Part shown: positions 44,300 to 50,353 of the stretch, one piece after another
Layout of the letters: the number at the start of each line of letters is the position of its first letter
Position numbering within the stretch: position 1 is the first letter of the stretch
NCBI GenBank assembly: GCA_016180645.1
Contig: JACPAV010000047.1
Coordinates: 1 to 50,353, forward strand
DNA length: 50,353 bases
Direction: 5' to 3'
Origin: Nitrospirota bacterium
GTDB taxonomy: Bacteria > JACPQY01
Translations under genes and position numbers: made by a program
The notes under the pieces: model-generated
Seen by the model: only the letters and a program-made list of their open reading frames with translations
What the model was told of the DNA's origin: nothing
Database searches by the model: none

Positions 44300-45454
44300 A
44301 TGCGGGTTCTAATGATCAGCCGAGATGCGCGACTCGCCGAGCGAGGAGATTTGAATGACGTCCAATTGCGACACATTGCCTATGCGAGCCGCGTCGATCG
44401 CATGGACATTCTTGTGGGGGCATCCGGTGCGCGCACACCTTCATTCGCTTTGGATGCCAAAGTGAGCGTCCATCCCGTGGTCCCCGGATCGCCGCTGGCC
44501 TTTCCGGCCGCCGCCCTCGCACGCTGGAGGGCCGTGAGCGGAAAACTTCGACCCGATGTAATCACCGCGCAGGACCCCTTTGTGGCGGGATGGGCCGGCC
44601 TCGCACTTGCAAAATGGCTCCATGTTCCTCTCAACGTCCAGGTCCACTCCGATCAATTGGACAACCCGTATTATCTGCGTGAGGCGGCCCTCAACCGGGT
44701 CCAGAATCGTCTCGCGAAAACGGTGCTGAAGCGTGCCCAAACCATCCGGGTGGTCAACCGCCGCACGATGGAGCAATGCCGGGCGTTGGGCATGCCCGAC
44801 AGGCGCTGCCTCTACATTCCGCTTGTATTCGGGCTTGAGCCGTTCTTCGCGGCGCGCGCAGGGGGCAGCGCAAGGAAGAGCCTTCTGGGGAGATTGTCGA
44901 AGACCTGCGGGCTCATTCTGTTTGCCGGACGGTTGAGCTGGGAAAAAGGGTGGGACGTTTTTCTCGAATCGATGAGAGAACTTTCAAAAGAAAAGACGGC
45001 CGTCAAAGCGGTCTTTGTGGGGAGTGGACCGGACGCTCCGAAAGCCGCGCGGCTTGCAAGTCGATGGGGTCTCGAAGATTCGGTTCAATTCCTCGGCTGG
45101 AGGCCCTACGGAAAACTCCCAGGCTACTACGCGGCGGCCGATGTCTGCGTGGTGCCGTCTTGGCACGAAGGGTTCGGGCGATCGACACTCGAAGCCCAGG
45201 CCGCCGGGCGCGCGGTGATTGCGACGGCCACCGCCGGGACGGCGGATCTCATTCGCGCAGGACGTACGGGCATCGTTATCCCCGTGGGAGATGCCTCGGC
45301 CTTGAGCGGCGCCATCCGAGAACTTCTTGCCGATGCCGATGGGCGCGCCCGCGTTGGCGAACTCGCCCGGAAAGAGGCGCGGGAGCGATGGTCAGACTAC
45401 GATCTGCCGGGGGAACTCGCCGCCATGTTTGAAAAGACCGCAGCGATGCGATAG
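44300..45454 (+). CDS. GT4 glycosyltransferase
   Basis: MRVLMIS, ITAQDPF, GRLSWEKG, EGFGRSTLEA. Confidence 0.88.
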   Translation: MRVLMISRDARLAERGDLNDVQLRHIAYASRVDRMDILVGASGARTPSFALDAKVSVHPVVPGSPLAFPAAALARWRAVSGKLRPDVITAQDPFVAGWAGLALAKWLHVPLNVQVHSDQLDNPYYLREAALNRVQNRLAKTVLKRAQTIRVVNRRTMEQCRALGMPDRRCLYIPLVFGLEPFFAARAGGSARKSLLGRLSKTCGLILFAGRLSWEKGWDVFLESMRELSKEKTAVKAVFVGSGPDAPKAARLASRWGLEDSVQFLGWRPYGKLPGYYAAADVCVVPSWHEGFGRSTLEAQAAGRAVIATATAGTADLIRAGRTGIVIPVGDASALSGAIRELLADADGRARVGELARKEARERWSDYDLPGELAAMFEKTAAMR

Positions 45455-45463
45455 AAGCGCCGG

Positions 45464-46177
45464 ATGTCCACTCTCGATTCCCCCAAGCTCACGATCATCG
45501 TACCCGTCTACAACGAAGAGAACACCGTGGATGCGCTCCTTGAGAAACTCGCCTTGGTGGAGCTCGGATTCCCGCGGGAGGTTCTCGTCGTGGATGATGC
45601 TTCCACCGACTCCACCCCGATGAAGCTTGCGCCTTGGTCATCCAAGAATACCCTCCCGGTCCGGGTACTGCGACACGCTAAAAATCGAGGAAAAGGCGCC
45701 GCCGTTCGAACTGCCATTGCGGAATCCAAAGGCCACATCGTCATCATTCTAGACGCCGATCTCGAATACGACCCGGCCGAGATCCCGAAGCTCATCGCAC
45801 CGATCCTCGACGGCAAGGCCGATGTTGTCTACGGCAATCGCTTTCACGGCGGCCCGCAGCGCGTCGTCTATTTCTGGCACTACCTGGGTAACCGGCTGCT
45901 CACGTTCCTGGCGGACGTCCTCACCAACACGAATCTCCGGGACATGGAGACGGGATACAAAGCGTTCAGGGGCGAACTCCTGCGCGGTCTTAGACTCCGT
46001 TCCGACACATTTGCCTTCGAGCCGGAAGTCACGATGAAAGTGGCCAAGCGGCGTTGCCGGATGTACGAAATCCCGATTTCCTACTACGGCCGGACGTACG
46101 CGGAAGGAAAGAAAATCACCTGGAAGGACGGCGTCATCCACCTCCTCTGCATGGTCTGGTTCCGCTTTTTCGACTGA
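45464..46177 (+). CDS. DPM1-like GT2 glycosyltransferase
   Basis: PVYNEE, DDASTD, NRGKGAA, DADLEYDP, DMETGYK, GRTYAEGKKI. Confidence 0.9.
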   Translation: MSTLDSPKLTIIVPVYNEENTVDALLEKLALVELGFPREVLVVDDASTDSTPMKLAPWSSKNTLPVRVLRHAKNRGKGAAVRTAIAESKGHIVIILDADLEYDPAEIPKLIAPILDGKADVVYGNRFHGGPQRVVYFWHYLGNRLLTFLADVLTNTNLRDMETGYKAFRGELLRGLRLRSDTFAFEPEVTMKVAKRRCRMYEIPISYYGRTYAEGKKITWKDGVIHLLCMVWFRFFD

Positions 46178-46185
46178 AAAGAGAA

Positions 46186-46734
46186 CTACTTCGCGAAAAT
46201 ATCTGAGTGGTTGACTGACAAGGAAGGAAATACCGACGAATTCGCCGTGCCGGTTGTAAAGCTTCCCTTGAGATTGTAACCGGCATTCTCCCACACCAAC
46301 ACTTCAATCGACCGCGCCTCCGGGTCAACGATCCAGTACTCCTTGACGCCGTACTTGAAGTAGAGCTTTTTTTTCGCAACCCTGTCCCTCTCAGAGTGTT
46401 CCGGCGAAATGATCTCCACAACGATGTCCGGGGCCCCGCGAACATACTTCTCTTGAATAATCTTCACTCTATTCTTTTCAACGGCTAGGACATCAGGCTG
46501 GACGACGTCTTCATCGGAGAGGTAGACATCGATGGGGGAGAAGAAGACCACGCCTTGCCCTGTTTTCTCCACCTGATCAACGAAGCTCATGGCGATCTTC
46601 TTCGCTATGTGCTGGTGCTTGGTTGTTGGTGCTGGTGTCATGTGTAATCCCCCGTCGATAATCTCGTACCGCTTGCCCTCCGGAAGCGAGCAGTAATCCT
46701 CATAGTTGAACCGGACCTGCGCCATCACGCTCAT
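46186..46734 (-). CDS. Uma2 (DUF820) PD-(D/E)xK putative endonuclease
   Basis: RYEIIDG, PAPTTKHQ, VQPDV, APDIVVEIISP, KKKLY..YGVKEYWIVDP. Confidence 0.9.
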   Translation of the reverse strand: MSVMAQVRFNYEDYCSLPEGKRYEIIDGGLHMTPAPTTKHQHIAKKIAMSFVDQVEKTGQGVVFFSPIDVYLSDEDVVQPDVLAVEKNRVKIIQEKYVRGAPDIVVEIISPEHSERDRVAKKKLYFKYGVKEYWIVDPEARSIEVLVWENAGYNLKGSFTTGTANSSVFPSLSVNHSDIFAK

Positions 46735-46850
46735 CGCACTCTCATCATACCCCCCAGCAACGGGTTTTCAAGGTTTCGACCCGTACACAAGAAGCCGCCA
46801 TGTCGGATTAGGGCCCCAAGCGGGATGTTTCGTGAAGCCTGTGATAATCT

Positions 46851-47372
46851 TTGAGCGTGGCCGAGGGAGATCTCCTTCGCATTTTCGGCGCACTGGAACG
46901 GGCGCGGGTCCGATATCTTGTGGTCGGAGGGGTAGCGGTTGTCCTGCACGGACACCCTCGCTTCACGGCAGACTTGGATCTCTTCATCGACCTTGAACCC
47001 GGAAACGTGCGCCCGGCCCTCCATGCGCTTGCCGGCCTGGGCTTCCGTCCCCGCTTACCCGTGTCAGCCGACGAGTTTGCCGACCCGGGTAAACGGCGTC
47101 AGTGGATCGCGGAGAAGTCGTTGCGGGTTTTCTCGCTCTGGAGTCCTGACATGCCGGTCACGGAGGTCGATCTTTTCGTGGAGGAACCATTCCCGTTCGA
47201 CGCAGCGTATTCGCGGGGCGTGCCCGTGAAGATTGGGAAAGTTGCACTGAAAGTGATGGGTTTGGAGGATCTGATCACCCTCAAACGCGAAGCCGGAAGG
47301 CCGCAGGATCTTGCGGATCTCGACGCTTTGGAAGAGATTTTCAGGCTTCGGAGGAATGCACCCGATGACTGA
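46851..47372 (+). CDS. Nucleotidyltransferase-fold protein
   Basis: YLVVGGVAVVLHGHPRFTADLDL, LITLKREAGRPQDLADL; start may be GTG 46857. Confidence 0.8.
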   Translation: MSVAEGDLLRIFGALERARVRYLVVGGVAVVLHGHPRFTADLDLFIDLEPGNVRPALHALAGLGFRPRLPVSADEFADPGKRRQWIAEKSLRVFSLWSPDMPVTEVDLFVEEPFPFDAAYSRGVPVKIGKVALKVMGLEDLITLKREAGRPQDLADLDALEEIFRLRRNAPDD

Positions 47373-47550
47373 GCGCGAACGGGACGACGGCTGGACCCGT
47401 CATCGACGCGAACAGCAGGAAGCCTGGCTCAGGCTCACATACGAGCAGAGGCTGGAATGGTTGGAAGACGCCAAACGCTTCTGCACGCTCGCCATCCGGG
47501 CGGCCGCTCCTCGCACAAAGCTGAGGGTCAGGAACGACCCCAGGTCCTGA
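47365..47550 (+). CDS. Small helical hypothetical protein coupled to the nucleotidyltransferase
   Basis: ATG overlaps the NTase 3' end, with GGAGG upstream; MTERERDDGW...WLRLTYEQRLEWLE. Confidence 0.6.
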   Translation: MTERERDDGWTRHRREQQEAWLRLTYEQRLEWLEDAKRFCTLAIRAAAPRTKLRVRNDPRS

Positions 47551-48307
47551 AGCGGCGGAAGGCTTCGATGGGGGAGAATCCAAAGCGGAGATCGAAAAGC
47601 ATTTCGAGGAAATGCATCATGACTTTGGGCGACAGCTTGCTGTGCCCTTGCGTCCGGCCGCGAAAAACGAAGGGAACTTCCTCTACCCGCCTGGGTTTGG
47701 CGCGCGACACGATCTCCAATAGAATTTTGTAGCCTTTCGGCCGGAGCCGATCCTTCACGCGTTCGAAGATCTCCCGCCGGAGGACGAAGTACCCGCTCAT
47801 TGGGTCCATCAGCTTCACGGAAATCACCGCCCTGGCGAGGGCGGTAGCCACGTTGGAGGTCAACCGACGGTGAAACGGCCAATCGTCGGCGCCGCCCCCG
47901 GGTACTCGCCGTGAACCCATCACCACGTCGGCGCCCGCTTCGATCCGTTCGATCATCTCCGGGAGGATCTTTGGGTCGTGAGACAAATCCGCGTCCATCA
48001 CACCAAGGATGTTTCCCCGGGCGTGCCGGAACCCTTCCACCACCGCGCCGCTGAGGCCGCGCTCCGACCGGCGCCGGATCACCCGGATCCGCGCATCCTT
48101 CTTGGCGTAGTCCTCGGCCAGTCGCCAGGTTTCGTCCGGTGAGTCATCATCTACGACGATGATCTCGATGCCGGCCGACCCCATGATCCCGAAAATCTCG
48201 GCCAGGAGCACCTCCAAATTCGCAGCCTCGTTGTAGGTCGGGATTGCAAGCGAAAGAAGGGCCTGTCGGCGAACTGACGGCCCTTTGGAGGAGAAGCTGG
48301 GTACCAC
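47528..48307 (-). CDS. Polyprenol-phosphate mannose synthase-like GT2 (Ppm1/DPM1)
   Basis: IPTYNEA, VDDDSPD, RGLSGAV, MDADLSHDP, DPMSGYF, GYKILLE. Confidence 0.9.
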   Translation of the reverse strand: MVPSFSSKGPSVRRQALLSLAIPTYNEAANLEVLLAEIFGIMGSAGIEIIVVDDDSPDETWRLAEDYAKKDARIRVIRRRSERGLSGAVVEGFRHARGNILGVMDADLSHDPKILPEMIERIEAGADVVMGSRRVPGGGADDWPFHRRLTSNVATALARAVISVKLMDPMSGYFVLRREIFERVKDRLRPKGYKILLEIVSRAKPRRVEEVPFVFRGRTQGHSKLSPKVMMHFLEMLFDLRFGFSPIEAFRRFRTWGRS

Positions 48308-48325
48308 GCTCCGGGTGGCGCTCGC

Positions 48326-50263
48326 CTACTTCACACTTCTCATCACGGCTTCCCAAAGTCGATGGTCCTGAGTCTGCGCAAAAACGTGAACCATTCCATC
48401 GGGTGCCACCACCGCCGAGGGCGCCGATCCGAGTGGTTCGGCTAGAACTTCTCCGTTCGAATGCCATGCGCCCTGAGAATCGCGGTGGCCGTGCCACAAG
48501 CGGCCGCTCGTCCCCAAGGCGACCACGTGGATCAATCCGTCCGGTCCAATGAATCCCGTCGGGCGCGACGTGAGTACGTCCTCAAGCACCTCCCCTACCC
48601 AGTGCCAATTGTTCCGACCATCTCTGAATGCGTGCCATAGCCTGCCGTTTGGACTCCTCGCCAAGACCTGTGTCGAGCCATCGGGGTGGAGAAATCCGCT
48701 CGCGGCCGACGAGAGAAGGATGCTTCTCCCGAGGGGGACATCACTCCAATTCGATGTCGCGTCCCTGAACACCTCCCTCAACAGGCCTTCGCCGGGGGAG
48801 AGTCCTGGCCGTTCATCCTTGGCAAGAAGGAAAGCGTGCAAGAGACCGTCGTTCGTCGCGTAGCCCGAGACTCCTGCTGTCAAGAGCCCCTGCGGGCTCA
48901 TGACCTCGCCCCTGCTGTCCCATCGGAACTGGGCATCGCGATAGGCATGCCAGAGCTTGAAATTCGGGCTGACCGCGAGAAACTGTACGTATCCATCCGA
49001 TTGCAGGAAGCCGACCGGGTCAAAGTACAAGCGTTCGTCCAAGATCTCTCCATTGGAGTGCCAGGCCATGCCCGGCTGATGAAAGGCATGCCACGGCTTG
49101 CCGTTTGGGCCGAGCGCGATCACCTGCATGTAACCATCCTTCCAGAGGAAGGCGGAAGGTGCCGAGGTAAGCGGATCGGACAACACCGCCCCGTACCCCA
49201 CCCATTGAAACGGCCCCGACGTACGGGGTGGAAGTTTGTTCGATCGGAGCGCAAAGACGGCGTTGGCCCCGTCGCGCTCCATCATAGGAAAACGAATCAG
49301 CTCCTGCCCGGGAGCCGAATTTCGGAGAATACGCTCGAGATCCTCAGGGCGCGAGGCGCTGATAACGGCGTAAAGATTCCTTCGTGCTCGTGCCAGGAAG
49401 CTCGACGGCGGGTCAGGGAAGTCCTCCCATATCTTCCAACCGCGGCGGTCCGCATAGTAGAAAAGCTCGGGGTGCCCCCACACAGAGAGCCAGATGATGA
49501 GGTCGTCAGGCTCCGTATTGCGCTTGGTCATTTCGACCAGGCGCCGAAAATCAGTCGGGTCACCGCGCTCGTAGTAGCCCCGAATCTGGGGCCTGCTTTG
49601 TCGCCACACAAATACCCAGATCGCGACCGCTCCCCCACGGAGAATCAGGCGACTCCAAGTACGCCGCCGCGACCAGAGTACGTCCGTACCCGCTCCCATC
49701 CAAATGCTGCAGAGGGGAATGAAAGGTATCCGGTAGTAGTCGTGACCGAGCAGACCCTCCGAAATGGTGAATGCGAAAAGGACGACTCCAACGGTCCACC
49801 CGACCAGGGCCGCCGCATTGGCGCGCGTCAGTTTCAACCATCCAAGAAAGAGGAGAGTGCCGGACGCAGGAACCATCACGTAGTGGAATAGGATATGCTT
49901 CCAAAAGTACGCAAAATCATCGCCAAGCCAAACCCGGCTGCCTCCCCACTTGTCCTCTCCCGGGCCAAAATCCCAAAACGGCGTAAAAGCGATGGGGAAA
50001 TCATAGCAGTGGAGCCACCAGAGAACGGTCGGACCGACTGAGAGGGCTGCACATATCCACACAATCGGAAACCGCCAAAATCTCCCACCCAGACGCTGGA
50101 GCACAAGACACGCGACGGGGATACCCAGATAGAGATTCGTTGGTTTCAAAAGGACGGCCAAGGAGACACCACACGATCCAAGCAGGGCGGAACTCCGCAA
50201 TCCATCGTCGGACCACTTCGACCAGTATTGGAGGCCGAGAAGGCTGAACAGGATTGTGCGGCC
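48326..50263 (-). CDS. GT-C (ArnT/PMT-like) membrane glycosyltransferase fragment fused to a six-repeat beta-propeller; 5' part missing
   Basis: TM helices with LAVLLKP, HDYY, PELFYYADRRGW; then six ~47-aa repeats (..P....DG..QV.A....G.LWH......W); open back to an in-frame TGA at 50264-50266. Confidence 0.72.
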   Translation of the reverse strand, partial: GRTILFSLLGLQYWSKWSDDGLRSSALLGSCGVSLAVLLKPTNLYLGIPVACLVLQRLGGRFWRFPIVWICAALSVGPTVLWWLHCYDFPIAFTPFWDFGPGEDKWGGSRVWLGDDFAYFWKHILFHYVMVPASGTLLFLGWLKLTRANAAALVGWTVGVVLFAFTISEGLLGHDYYRIPFIPLCSIWMGAGTDVLWSRRRTWSRLILRGGAVAIWVFVWRQSRPQIRGYYERGDPTDFRRLVEMTKRNTEPDDLIIWLSVWGHPELFYYADRRGWKIWEDFPDPPSSFLARARRNLYAVISASRPEDLERILRNSAPGQELIRFPMMERDGANAVFALRSNKLPPRTSGPFQWVGYGAVLSDPLTSAPSAFLWKDGYMQVIALGPNGKPWHAFHQPGMAWHSNGEILDERLYFDPVGFLQSDGYVQFLAVSPNFKLWHAYRDAQFRWDSRGEVMSPQGLLTAGVSGYATNDGLLHAFLLAKDERPGLSPGEGLLREVFRDATSNWSDVPLGRSILLSSAASGFLHPDGSTQVLARSPNGRLWHAFRDGRNNWHWVGEVLEDVLTSRPTGFIGPDGLIHVVALGTSGRLWHGHRDSQGAWHSNGEVLAEPLGSAPSAVVAPDGMVHVFAQTQDHRLWEAVMRSVK

Positions 50264-50353
50264 TCACAGCCTTTGTCCCAGTTGGCTCTTGAAAAAGGGT
50301 AACAGTTTCGGTCCCTCGATTTTGAGAAGCCCGCGGTTGATGAGGGCACAGGT
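50264..50353 (-). CDS. Possible 3' end of an unrelated ORF entering from beyond the window
   Basis: TCALINRGLLKIEGPKLLPFFKSQLGQRL*; not hydrophobic and not GT-C-like. Confidence 0.35.
   Translation of the reverse strand, partial: TCALINRGLLKIEGPKLLPFFKSQLGQRL

Noticed and set aside
46731..47024. 97-aa minus-strand ORF abutting the Uma2 start
   Set aside because: It overlaps the nucleotidyltransferase antisense and has no motifs.
50264..50266. Selenocysteine or stop read-through at the in-frame TGA
   Set aside because: The upstream in-frame peptide is not GT-C-like and no SECIS-like hairpin was recognised.

Overview
GC-rich bacterial chromosomal segment, probably from a diderm because it carries GT9, an O-antigen ligase/polymerase-like gene and Wzz-like genes. 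No rRNA, tRNA or CRISPR array was recognised. (1) 1-28.9 kb is a large surface-glycan locus. It holds rfbF, two cobalamin-binding radical SAM genes and an uncharacterised nucleotide-sugar operon (SDR, HddC-like, HddA-like, Fcl-like, TPP E1 alpha/beta, ColD-like His-for-Lys PLP dehydratase, radical SAM, two GtrB-like enzymes, DegT aminotransferase). It also holds many GT2/GT4 enzymes, an AsnB-type amidotransferase, GT9, a Wzy/WaaL-like protein and two Wzz-like proteins. (2) 29-42 kb is housekeeping: an SH3 protein, yebC-ruvC-ruvA followed by an orphan short ATP-synthase epsilon-like gene where ruvB normally sits, tatB-tatC, dapF-dapA-dapB-dapL-folK and uppS-dxr-rseP. (3) 42-50 kb has more glycan genes, a Uma2/nucleotidyltransferase islet and a 5'-broken GT-C fused to a six-repeat lectin-like beta-propeller. 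Non-coding highlights are four distinct palindromic or short-repeat families, including a GTAG-REP composite with 14-bp terminal inverted repeats that seems to have replaced the start of a glycosyltransferase. There are also consensus-like sigma70 promoters that imply leaderless mRNAs, and an orphan promoter-to-hairpin unit of about 200 nt between tatC and folK that looks like an unannotated sRNA. All functional calls come from motif recognition by eye; no searches were run.
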